Shown here: positions 8,242 through 17,066 of the stretch, piece by piece
Layout of the letters: every line of letters begins with the position of its first letter
Position numbering within the stretch: position 1 is the first letter of the stretch
Source of the DNA: Methanothermus fervidus DSM 2088
Lineage (GTDB): Archaea; Methanobacteriota; Methanobacteria; DSM-2088; Methanothermaceae
Direction: 5' to 3'
Length of the DNA: 32,000 bases
NCBI GenBank assembly: GCA_000166095.1
Contig: CP002278.1
Location: 510,001-542,000 of the forward strand
Program-made: the position numbers and the translations under genes
The notes under the pieces: generated by a model
Seen by the model: the letters and a program-made list of their open reading frames with translations, nothing else
Told to the model about the DNA's origin: nothing
The model's database searches: none

Positions 8242-11200
8242 TCATTTCTCCGGCCTTCTCAATAGATATCCTGCTGCTATTAATGCAATCAATATTATAA
8301 CACCAATTATTCCTGCGAATGGAATTCCTGGCTTTCCAATTCCTTTAGACACTGGTGTAATCTCATATGCTTTTCCTGCTCCTTTACCTGCTGCAGCACC
8401 TGTAATTCCTGCTTTACCTGCTGCTCCAGCAGCTTGAGCTGCTCCTCTTGCACCAACTTCACCACCAACTCTACCTGAAGGACCTGAAATTCCTGGTGAA
8501 ACTCCCCTTGTTGCTGCAGTTCCAATTCCTACTCTTCCTAATGCAGTTGGAGCTCCTAGTTGTGATGGTGCTCCTGGAATTGAAGGTTGTGGTGTAGTTG
8601 TTGGAATTCCAGGGACTGAAGGTTGTGGTGTTGTTGGAGCTCCTGGGATTGAAGGAGCAAATGCAGCATTTTTTGTTGCTATATATAGCTGAGATCTTAC
8701 TGAATTTAATAGATTTGGATTTACATAGTTTAATGCCCATCTTATCATAGCTATATTTCCACAACTGCAATCACAGCATGCTGGTCCATATCTGGCTATT
8801 AGAGCTGCCCATCTATTTGCAATTAATCTAAGAGTTTCTGTAGATGGATGCCAGAAGCCTTTGTGGGCTGCTGTAAGTAATGTACCTATGATGCTTATCA
8901 TTGCATATGCTCTATTTCCAGTTGATAGCCATTGTGATACTCCAATGTTGTATTTGTCTTTCACATATACATCTACAATTTCATTCCACATCCAATCTTG
9001 GACTAGGTGAGGTGTTGTTACTTGCCATCCCCATAAGTATGCAACAAATTTATTACTTATGTATCTTGCACCACTGTAACCTTCCTTCATCATTCCTTTA
9101 ATCCATTCTGGATTAAGATATCTTGTTCTCATTTCTCTTAGCATAAATTGTTGTAGTGACATTATTTGTGGAACTGCTGGATTTGCATAATAAAGTACAT
9201 TAAGCTGAGGTGCTTTTCCACCATTTACTTTTTCTATTGCCATACTTAGTCCGCCGAAGTAATCATAGTAATCATCATTGTCAAGAACTCCATAAAGATT
9301 TGTTGACCTACTATGATATGCAACACTGACTCCCTTGAGTAATTCTTCAAATAAATCTTGCCTTGATAATCCCCAGACAGTGTTTGAATATGCATGTGAC
9401 ATTCTACGTAAGTATATATCAGCTAACTCACTTCTGTTTTGCCATGTCCATGCTTGTTCAACAGCATGGGTAATTCCAGCTCCATAGTCACCTACAGGTG
9501 GTGCAAATATTCTTGTTATTGCTGTGTCACCGTCAAATCCTTTTTTAACGAGTTCTACCCAATGTTTTGCAACATAATTTAGCTCTAATGGTTCTTTAAG
9601 GTCATATTTATTTAGAAGGTCTGTTAAATTCTTTGCTTGGTAGAATTGTCCTATTATTAATGGTTCCAATGCTTTATTTAATTCATCTTTTAATTCAGGA
9701 TATTTTTCTGTTATAGTTGAATATGAAGCTGCTAATGCTATTCTAAATGCTAAATCCATTTTTGCTAAAAGGTTGGGGAATAGATCTCTGAACAATCCAC
9801 TTGTAGTTGTGATTACGTCCACTCTTGGTCTCACTGTCACATTTGAAAGCCCCATTGATCGTCTAACTTTGTTTAAATCTTCAAGAAGTTTATTGAGTGG
9901 TGTTGGAACTAAATATCGTAAAGGTCCTCCACCAAGCCATGTTTTATCATTAGGTTTTGGTTCTACACCCAACATCCTTAATACAAATGATGCCATTGCC
10001 CCATCATCTCTTGCTGTTTCTACACACCAAACAACTGCTGCTATTTTTTCCGGTATTTTTTCCATTTGTGCTAATGCCATATCTGCTAGTCTTTTACCAA
10101 GATCCCAGGCGACTGGTGTTGGTAATGTATTATCATCTTGAGCATAGAAGTTTCTTCCTGTTGGTAATGAATATGGTGCTCTTACTGGATCCCCACCTCT
10201 TGCGGGTTCTATGTAGCCACCATTTAATGCATCTATAAGTGAATCCATTTCTTTACTAGGACTTATTTTTAATAATGAAGCATAAGTCATTGCAAGTGTT
10301 AATTTATTTTTCATGGCTTCTCTTAGTTTAACATCTGTTATGTTGATTGTCAATTCTTCTGGAGTTTTGCCTTTGAGCAGTTCTTTTATTAATGAAATTG
10401 TTTCATTATTTAATAATTCTGCTTGTGTCAATGTTAATTTCTTCCAATTAAAGCCATGTAAATCAGAAAGTAAATGTTGTATTGACGGATCTGATTCGCT
10501 ATCTGGTGACAACATTGAAGAAACTAGCAATGCAATTTCGTCATCTGTCCAATTTTCTCCAAAACTATGTAATCCATAAGGCATTAAAGTTGATTGTAAG
10601 TTTATTAGATAATCATGGACCTTATCAATGTCTTCATCGGTGATATTCTCAGGATTTAAACCTAAATCTGTTGCAAGATTTAATTCTTTAATTTTTTGTC
10701 TTATTGCTTTAGCGTATTCATCTTTTAGTGGATTCCCTTCAGGTACTTTTTCATATAAATCAACAAGCCCTGCCAATTCTTTTAATCCACTGTAAAGTTT
10801 AGTCGTTATCATTGGCGGTGTTAAATGATCTACTATCACTGAAAGTCCTCTTCTTTTGGCTTGCATGCCTTCTCCTACACCATCTACAATGTAAATATAA
10901 ATGCTAGGAGTTTCACCAATACATATGTCTGGATAATCAAAGCTCGCTAATGCATATTGTTTTCTTGGTGTCCACTCATAGGTAGCATGTCTTCCAACAT
11001 GAATCTGGGCATTTGCTTTAAACACGTAGTTAACCCATGCATACCATGCTAAATAACTGTGTGGTGGCGGAACAACTGTTGAGTGATAAAGTTTTGATAT
11101 GTCTTGATCCCAACCTCTCAATGGTTCCGGACCAATGAATATGTTTCCAAATAATATTCCTGGAATTATGAAGTATTTTGTGCCATTTTTTGTTACCACA

Positions 11201-13422
11201 AGAGGATTTTCCTCTGGTTGTCCCCATCCACAAAGTCCTGGTAATTTTAATGCTAGGAATGCGTTCTTTGCATCATAGAATTTCTTCCAAGAATCTGTAG
11301 GATCTGTATTATTACTTACTTTATCTATAATTTCAATCAATGCGGAAGTCATTTTGTTTATTAAATCTATAGCCCTATCTGCTTTATCTGTGGTTTTAGC
11401 ATTAGATATCATCTCTTGGTTCCATCTATTTATAACTTTGATTAATTCATCTTTAACCTTTGGATCTCCTTTCTTAATATATTCAACCGCTGCCTTAGTT
11501 AATTCTTCTATGTAACCAGTTGGTCCTTCAATTACTTCTTTCTGGGCTATTGGATTTAATTTCTTGAACCATTTTTTGTATTCTTCTAAAGGCCATAAAA
11601 TTGTATTAGGATTGTTTGCAAGTTTCTCTATGAATCCTTTAGCCCAACTTGCAGTATTAATTCCACGCTCTAGCAATATAGATACTAGTTCATCTGCATT
11701 TTTTGGTATTCTACCTACGTTGTAACCTTCCTGTTTTAATCTTTTTAAAATATTTATTATGGTTTCTGGAACATTTAGATAACTTGCCCCTATATTTTGC
11801 TTTCCTGGTGGGTAATTGTAATAAACAATTGCTATTTTTTTATCTTTATTTGGTAAGTGCTTGAGTAGACACCAGTTATATACTCTGTTTGCTAATTTTT
11901 CTATTCTGTCAGGTATTGTAATTATGATATCCCATTCAGCTCCAGTATCATTGTCTCTACCAATGTCACCTACACCAATTGCTATTGGCTCTATTTGGCC
12001 TTGCATTTCTGGTTGTGCACATTGCCAATAAACAGCGGCCCAACTGAAACCTTCATCAGATACCAACCACTGGCCTAATGTTCTATACCTCGATGATGTG
12101 ATCATTGCCTTAAATACAGGAACATTTGAATTATTGAAGAAATTGAGAACTTGTTTCCATGATGGTGAAGAACCTGTTAAGAAAGATAGTAAGTTTATTA
12201 TTGCATCACACTTTACTGGATATTTCCAAGGTTCGAACTCATATTGCACTGTATTATTTGCGTCAGTTAAAAACTTAACTAATGCTGAATACACATTTGC
12301 TGGCTGAACATTACTTATTTTTACTTCTTTTACAACTCTACCATCTTTGTCAAGTATTTGGAATTCATACACCTTCGCTTTAGGATCAGTTACACCACAA
12401 ATTTTATCAGAATCTGTGTAATTTCCTATTCCTTTAACTGCTGTAAGTTTTAAATTTTGTCCTGGCTCAAGCAATGTTTTTGCCAACTCTGTAACTTGAG
12501 TTTCATTGAGAGTTAATACGTCTGACCAAGTACCAACAATAGGAATTACGTTCATTCCTTTCTCAACAAGCTTATCAATAATTTGTTGGAAAGCATTCTC
12601 TGCATATACTTCTCCTGTAGAACTAAGATATGTCAATATAGCTACAGTAGGTTTTTTTGGATCTAATGGGTATTTTTTGAAATAATCTTCCTTACTGAAT
12701 ATTTCACCATCCCTATACAGAAACTCTTTGCCAAATCCAAGTTTGACTGGTTCTGGCTCCCATTCTTGTGGGAATATCCATCCTCTTATTTCATATAATT
12801 TCTTTAATGCCCATTTCACCTGATTTATAAGGTTATCTTTTCCTTTAGCTGCATAATATACTGCAGCATCTATCCAAGCATGTAATCCTTTGTTATTTGG
12901 ATATTTCTGTTTATAACTAAGTAGGCAATTTACATCGCCGTCATGACATGCTCCAATAAGAGATCCCACTGTGTCCCATGTTCCAATGTCTTTATCACTT
13001 ACATTCTCAAAACATTTAGTTTTCCCTATTTGACTTAATTTTACAAGTTTAGGATCACTTTCAAAAACTAAAAATATTTTATTATCTATTATTGAAGGAT
13101 ATTTCGTTACAACAGGATATAATGAATTAACAAGTTCTGTACCCCATTCTGCTAAAATAATATCTGATGAATTCACCAGATTCTTAATGTCAGTTTCTTT
13201 TAAGTTATTCATCTGGGTTGTTGATCTAATTTGAAACTTTACAGTACCATTTGTCTCATTAGTAATCGTTTTCGCTATTTCAACATAAGATTTACATGCA
13301 CTAGAAGATCCAATCATGAATACTTGTACTTTTCCTTGTTGTTGTTGAGTCACATTCTCAGCAAAAGCCCCTGAAATCAATAAAAACACTGCAAACAATA
13401 CAATCACTAAAAACTTCCTCAA
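8242..13422 (-). CDS. CobN / Mg-chelatase-H family protein, 1726 aa, with an N-terminal signal peptide and a C-terminal low-complexity linker plus TM anchor
   Basis: CobN-family blocks: IHVGRHATYEWTPRK (cf. HGxxEWLPGK), GEGMQAKRRGLSVIVDHLTPPM (AKRR...HLxPP), RPRVDVITTTSGLFRD. TTG start with AAGGAGGTG SD. Signal-peptide-like MRKFLVIVLFAVFLLISGAFA/ENV. The C-terminus is IPFAGIIGVIILIALIAAGYLLRRPEK. Confidence 0.9.
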   Translation of the reverse strand: MRKFLVIVLFAVFLLISGAFAENVTQQQQGKVQVFMIGSSSACKSYVEIAKTITNETNGTVKFQIRSTTQMNNLKETDIKNLVNSSDIILAEWGTELVNSLYPVVTKYPSIIDNKIFLVFESDPKLVKLSQIGKTKCFENVSDKDIGTWDTVGSLIGACHDGDVNCLLSYKQKYPNNKGLHAWIDAAVYYAAKGKDNLINQVKWALKKLYEIRGWIFPQEWEPEPVKLGFGKEFLYRDGEIFSKEDYFKKYPLDPKKPTVAILTYLSSTGEVYAENAFQQIIDKLVEKGMNVIPIVGTWSDVLTLNETQVTELAKTLLEPGQNLKLTAVKGIGNYTDSDKICGVTDPKAKVYEFQILDKDGRVVKEVKISNVQPANVYSALVKFLTDANNTVQYEFEPWKYPVKCDAIINLLSFLTGSSPSWKQVLNFFNNSNVPVFKAMITSSRYRTLGQWLVSDEGFSWAAVYWQCAQPEMQGQIEPIAIGVGDIGRDNDTGAEWDIIITIPDRIEKLANRVYNWCLLKHLPNKDKKIAIVYYNYPPGKQNIGASYLNVPETIINILKRLKQEGYNVGRIPKNADELVSILLERGINTASWAKGFIEKLANNPNTILWPLEEYKKWFKKLNPIAQKEVIEGPTGYIEELTKAAVEYIKKGDPKVKDELIKVINRWNQEMISNAKTTDKADRAIDLINKMTSALIEIIDKVSNNTDPTDSWKKFYDAKNAFLALKLPGLCGWGQPEENPLVVTKNGTKYFIIPGILFGNIFIGPEPLRGWDQDISKLYHSTVVPPPHSYLAWYAWVNYVFKANAQIHVGRHATYEWTPRKQYALASFDYPDICIGETPSIYIYIVDGVGEGMQAKRRGLSVIVDHLTPPMITTKLYSGLKELAGLVDLYEKVPEGNPLKDEYAKAIRQKIKELNLATDLGLNPENITDEDIDKVHDYLINLQSTLMPYGLHSFGENWTDDEIALLVSSMLSPDSESDPSIQHLLSDLHGFNWKKLTLTQAELLNNETISLIKELLKGKTPEELTINITDVKLREAMKNKLTLAMTYASLLKISPSKEMDSLIDALNGGYIEPARGGDPVRAPYSLPTGRNFYAQDDNTLPTPVAWDLGKRLADMALAQMEKIPEKIAAVVWCVETARDDGAMASFVLRMLGVEPKPNDKTWLGGGPLRYLVPTPLNKLLEDLNKVRRSMGLSNVTVRPRVDVITTTSGLFRDLFPNLLAKMDLAFRIALAASYSTITEKYPELKDELNKALEPLIIGQFYQAKNLTDLLNKYDLKEPLELNYVAKHWVELVKKGFDGDTAITRIFAPPVGDYGAGITHAVEQAWTWQNRSELADIYLRRMSHAYSNTVWGLSRQDLFEELLKGVSVAYHSRSTNLYGVLDNDDYYDYFGGLSMAIEKVNGGKAPQLNVLYYANPAVPQIMSLQQFMLREMRTRYLNPEWIKGMMKEGYSGARYISNKFVAYLWGWQVTTPHLVQDWMWNEIVDVYVKDKYNIGVSQWLSTGNRAYAMISIIGTLLTAAHKGFWHPSTETLRLIANRWAALIARYGPACCDCSCGNIAMIRWALNYVNPNLLNSVRSQLYIATKNAAFAPSIPGAPTTPQPSVPGIPTTTPQPSIPGAPSQLGAPTALGRVGIGTAATRGVSPGISGPSGRVGGEVGARGAAQAAGAAGKAGITGAAAGKGAGKAYEITPVSKGIGKPGIPFAGIIGVIILIALIAAGYLLRRPEK
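8567..8656 (-). repeat. In-frame tandem repeat (36 + 33 + partial unit) encoding a Pro/Thr linker
   Basis: Plus-strand units are GGTGCTCCTGGAATTGAAGGTTGTGGTGTAGTTGTT / GGAATTCCAGGGACTGAAGGTTGTGGTGTTGTT / GGAGCTCCTGGGATTGAAGG. They encode PSIPGAPTTPQ PSVPGIPTTTPQ PSIPGAP. Confidence 0.7.
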
Positions 13423-13474
13423 CTTTTCACCTCCTTTTTTGTTATTACTACATTAGGGTTATTGAGTAATACTT

Positions 13475-13482
13475 ATATAAAA
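13475..13482 (-). promoter_or_regulatory. TATA-box candidate for the CobN-like gene
   Basis: Minus strand reads TTTATATA, the archaeal TATA consensus. It lies about 53-60 nt upstream of the TTG start, which leaves room for a short SD-containing leader. AT-rich background makes chance matches likely. Confidence 0.25.
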
Positions 13483-13601
13483 TTTTTCAAAACTTTCTAA
13501 TTCAAATAATTTTGATGAAAGAAATATTCTTAATTGAAAAACTTTTAAAAATAAAAATCTAGTGCCAATAAAATTATGAATAAATAAGGAGGTAAAAAAT
13601 C

Positions 13602-13877
13602 TTGAAAGTTAGGGCTCATATATTTATTAGCGGAAGAGTGCAAGGAGTATTCTTCAGAGCAAATACTAAAAAAGTAGCAGAAAAGCATGGTGTAAAAGGT
13701 TGGGTACGCAATCTCCCTGATGGAAGAGTTGAAGCAGTTTTAGAAGGAGAAAAAGAAGATGTAGAAAAAGTAATTGAATTTTGTAGGGAAGGACCACCTC
13801 TAGCAAAGGTTACAAATGTAGATGTAAAATGGGAAAAATACAAGGGAGAATTTAGAAATTTTGAAGTAAGATACTAA
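13602..13877 (+). CDS. acyP: Acylphosphatase
   Basis: 91 aa. [41 protein letters not shown] is the canonical acylphosphatase signature (GxVQGVxFR ... GWVxNxxDGxVE). TTG start preceded by AAGGAGGT. Confidence 0.9.
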   Translation: MKVRAHIFISGRVQGVFFRANTKKVAEKHGVKGWVRNLPDGRVEAVLEGEKEDVEKVIEFCREGPPLAKVTNVDVKWEKYKGEFRNFEVRY

Positions 13878-13914
13878 TTTTCTTTTATAAATTTTTTTTA
13901 ATTAAAAGAAAATT
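13876..13914. terminator. Hairpin between the convergent acyP and HerA-like genes (bidirectional terminator candidate)
   Basis: AATTTTCTTTTA (13876..13887) and TAAAAGAAAATT (13903..13914) form a perfect 12-bp inverted repeat around a T-rich loop. Confidence 0.4.
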
Positions 13915-15444
13915 TCATAGAGGGTCAATATCATATTCCTGATCATCTGATTTCTCATCTTTTTCAATATAATCCTCAAAAAGAGGTATATAGATAGGAA
14001 CAGCAAATTTTGTGAATATACTACTCACAATTGCTTCTCCCTTATCCAAACTAGCTATAGCTCTATCATCATCTGATAAATCTTGTGGAGAACTTCCAAT
14101 TATTTCTGATCTTTCCGATGGCATTTCATTACCAAGAATTATTTTTGTATTCATATTTGCCAATATACTTTTGGGAATTGGTGTGACTAATTGAGTTATT
14201 GCTATTAGTCCAATGTTAAATTTACGTCCTTCCCTAGCTATTGTTGCATATATATTTTGTCCATCTTTAAGTACATCTTTGCCAAGTATTCTTGGAGCTT
14301 CTTCAACTACAATCCCTATCACAGGTTTTTTGTTTAATTCACCTTCTGCCTTATATCTTTGGTATCTTCTAAAAATATTTTCTATTATTGCACTACCCAC
14401 AAGTATTCCTGCTTCTTCACTCATTTGTGAAGTATCAATTATGACAATTTTACCTTTCTCTAAATTATTAACAATGTCTTCGATAACGTTTCTTCCGTTT
14501 TCAACAAAAACATCTTCATGGCTAAGTACATGATTCAGTTTTCTATTGGTTGCAGCTATTGTTGGCTTTTTTACACCGTGAATTTCTTCTCCAATTCTCT
14601 CCATCTCTTCTATTTTAATTATCCATTCATCTTTAAATTCTTTATAAAATTTGTGCATTGCCTGCCATTGGGCATCTGTAAAAGAAACAGTTCCTTGAAA
14701 ATGTTTTGGTTTTAAATATTTTTTATTAATTTTTAATTCTAACCCGCCTCTAGGAGGATTAGGCGAATAATATAATACTTCTTCATGTCTCGGATGATCT
14801 TTTAAACCTTTTGTATTTCCTCTTCCATAGTATTCATCATGTGGATCTAAAACAAGTATTCCAACGTTTTCATCAACTAAATTCCAAAGCATTACCTTTA
14901 CTAAATTACTTTTACCTCTTCCTGTAGTTGCAGGTATGAGTATATGGTGAGGTATTGCATGCTTATAGTCAATATAAACAGGTAAATTTAATTTTTGAGA
15001 ACCACTTCTCACCTCACCTAAATAAAGAGGATGTTTTGGCTTACTCAAAAATTTTAAATCTTCTTCTTTCACACGTCTAACTTTTTTAAAGAATGGAGGT
15101 AATGATTTTGGGGCTTTTGCATTTTTGGAATTGTTATGTATATAAAGTAAAGGTTTTGCTTCAGCTATAATATAATTTCTAAGTTCTGGCTCAATAAATG
15201 TTGTACTTTCATCTTCATGTTCCAATTGAAGTCCTGATATCAATTCTCTTCTCTCTTGTGGTATTTGAGAACGATATTCAAGATTTTTAACTTGTAGTAA
15301 AATTTTATTACCATTATTTTCATCAGCAATTAATAAATCCCCAAGTTCAAGTCTTTTGCCAAATTTTCCTCTAACTAAAATTTTTGATGAATTTCCTCCT
15401 ATTATTTGCCCTGCTACTTCATTATCATCCATAAAATTCACCAC
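13915..15444 (-). CDS. HerA-like (DUF87/COG0433-type) ATPase with an N-terminal HAS-barrel-like region
   Basis: 509 aa. P-loop [12 protein letters not shown], Walker B-like [12 protein letters not shown], and the arrangement LIAITQLV typical of HerA/FtsK-class ATPases. The N-terminal beta-rich region fits a HAS barrel. The start is GTG at 15444 (overlaps the NurA-like stop) or ATG at 15432. Confidence 0.7.
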   Translation of the reverse strand: MVNFMDDNEVAGQIIGGNSSKILVRGKFGKRLELGDLLIADENNGNKILLQVKNLEYRSQIPQERRELISGLQLEHEDESTTFIEPELRNYIIAEAKPLLYIHNNSKNAKAPKSLPPFFKKVRRVKEEDLKFLSKPKHPLYLGEVRSGSQKLNLPVYIDYKHAIPHHILIPATTGRGKSNLVKVMLWNLVDENVGILVLDPHDEYYGRGNTKGLKDHPRHEEVLYYSPNPPRGGLELKINKKYLKPKHFQGTVSFTDAQWQAMHKFYKEFKDEWIIKIEEMERIGEEIHGVKKPTIAATNRKLNHVLSHEDVFVENGRNVIEDIVNNLEKGKIVIIDTSQMSEEAGILVGSAIIENIFRRYQRYKAEGELNKKPVIGIVVEEAPRILGKDVLKDGQNIYATIAREGRKFNIGLIAITQLVTPIPKSILANMNTKIILGNEMPSERSEIIGSSPQDLSDDDRAIASLDKGEAIVSSIFTKFAVPIYIPLFEDYIEKDEKSDDQEYDIDPL

Positions 15445-16544
15445 AACAATGAATTTTCATCAAGAATGTCATGCATGTCCACTGCCCTCATATCTGCAAG
15501 TATGTTTTCTTTTAGTTCACCATATTTGTGGATTAATTGCAATAATCTTGCCTTAAATATCTCAACTTCATTTTTTCTAACCCTTGCCTCTGAATCTACT
15601 TTAACTAATCCATAAGGATATCCATGAATAAATGAATCCTGAGTATTTGGCACTATTGCTGATAGAATTTCCAAAATTTTTGATTTTGGACTATAAATGT
15701 CAAATCTAAAAATACGTGACTCAGGACTAAACTTAACAGCCCCTACAGTAATTTTATGATTATTTAGGTTATATTCTTCTAATGGATAATAACACCAGCG
15801 CTTTTTTCCAACTTTTTTTGAGCAATGTTGCAATGCCCTTATTAGTGGTACACCACTGTTTGTTATACGTCGACAAGTTTTTGAAATACCTAAGAAATAT
15901 AGATTGTTTTTACTTGCTACATCCAGGCAAGACTCAAGATATTTATCCTCTTTAGAAAATGTTACCTGAAGAGAACCATCCTTAACCAAAATATCATCTT
16001 TACTTAGTTCTTTCTCCAATACATATTTTGAAAATGATAATTCAGCAAATCTTCTAGATATAGATTCAACCCTACTCAAATCATGAAAAGTAGTTGCTCT
16101 TTTTTTGGAAGTAAATGATAAATGTTCATCATGTGGTAAAAATCTTTTATATTCTTCTTTTAGTGGAAATAGCTTTGTTTCGTAATGTATTTCTCCATTT
16201 TTTAATTCAGCACATGTTACTGATAAAAATTCAATTTTTCGTGGAATTTTGGAATTTCGTTTCTCATGTTCCTTTCCTTTAAAAATACTAAAACATATAC
16301 GATTAAATTGTATTGAAATCTTTGGAGTTCCAATAATTTCTTGATTTCCACCATCTACAAATGCAATTCTACAATTTTTCGGAGCTTTAAATTCATGAAA
16401 CTTATCAGTGGATATTTCAAAACTCTTAGATTTGTCTCTAGATAAAGGTCTTACACCATCATCCACATTTGATTTATATTTAAGATAATCAACAAGCTTT
16501 GTTAAAGCTTTACAACGCATTAAATCACCTAAAATTTGCAACAT
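15438..16544 (-). CDS. NurA-like nuclease domain protein
   Basis: 368 aa. Motifs in NurA order: [10 protein letters not shown] (first acidic strand), SRRFAELSF (R...E), ILVKDGSLQ (DGS), [15 protein letters not shown] (cf. YPxxLxxA[HD]xxA). It sits immediately upstream of, and overlaps, the HerA-like gene. Confidence 0.55.
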   Translation of the reverse strand: MLQILGDLMRCKALTKLVDYLKYKSNVDDGVRPLSRDKSKSFEISTDKFHEFKAPKNCRIAFVDGGNQEIIGTPKISIQFNRICFSIFKGKEHEKRNSKIPRKIEFLSVTCAELKNGEIHYETKLFPLKEEYKRFLPHDEHLSFTSKKRATTFHDLSRVESISRRFAELSFSKYVLEKELSKDDILVKDGSLQVTFSKEDKYLESCLDVASKNNLYFLGISKTCRRITNSGVPLIRALQHCSKKVGKKRWCYYPLEEYNLNNHKITVGAVKFSPESRIFRFDIYSPKSKILEILSAIVPNTQDSFIHGYPYGLVKVDSEARVRKNEVEIFKARLLQLIHKYGELKENILADMRAVDMHDILDENSLLW

Positions 16545-16679
16545 TCTTCTTAGGTCCAGTAGTTACCTTCACATTATTAATATTTTGGGAAAAGCTTTTA
16601 TAAAATTTATATTTATTTTGTTAGACAGATGAGTTAATCTTAAATAATTTACATTACAAAATTTTATTTGGTGGTTGTA

Positions 16680-16958
16680 ATGAAAAAAATTGAAAAACAA
16701 GCAACATGTAGTGAGATATGTGACTACATTAGAGACAATGTAAAGGAAGGAGACATTGTCAGAATTTCTATTGGCATGGCATATATACCTGGAGAGGTTA
16801 TATTAAACAATGATTGTGTTCTTCATATCAAACTTGAGAGTAAAATGTTTAGTGACTTGACAACTACAGTAGATGTAGAAAAATTCAAAGAAGAATTAAT
16901 AGAACTTGAGCATGAAACTGAAGATGGAATATATGTTTTTGAGGCCATTGAAGATTAA
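16680..16958 (+). CDS. Hypothetical small acidic protein (92 aa from the ATG)
   Basis: ORF 16668..16958. I prefer the ATG at 16680, which is preceded by GGTGG. I recognise no motif. Confidence 0.5.
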   Translation: MKKIEKQATCSEICDYIRDNVKEGDIVRISIGMAYIPGEVILNNDCVLHIKLESKMFSDLTTTVDVEKFKEELIELEHETEDGIYVFEAIED

Positions 16959-16979
16959 GCTAAAGCTAGGAGGTCATAA

Positions 16980-17066
16980 ATGGAAGAGTTAGAAATAATA
17001 ACATTAGTTTTTTTCTTAACATTCATTTTTACAACTTTTTTATCTCACCTTCTTTCTAAAAAATAA
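16980..17066 (+). CDS. Candidate 28-aa hydrophobic micro-protein
   Basis: AGGAGGT (16968..16974) lies 5 nt before ATG 16980. Translation is MEELEIITLVFFLTFIFTTFLSHLLSKK*, a single TM-like helix. The ORF overlaps the 3' end of the convergent membrane-protein gene. Confidence 0.25.
   Translation: MEELEIITLVFFLTFIFTTFLSHLLSKK

Noticed and set aside
8067-8300. 77-aa plus-strand ORF in the intergenic region downstream of the CobN-like gene
   Set aside because: It has low-complexity AT-rich content and no SD. It runs through the oligo-T terminator tracts and into the CobN-like 3' end, and it overlaps the TnpB-remnant flank.
8307-8770. ORFs 8307..8525 and 8471..8770 in alternative frames of the CobN-like 3' region
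   Set aside because: They are frame-shifted readings of the repetitive Pro/Thr/Gly/Ala-coding tail and give Gln/Glu/Leu or Ser/Asn repeats. The CobN frame runs continuously through a sensible linker plus TM anchor.
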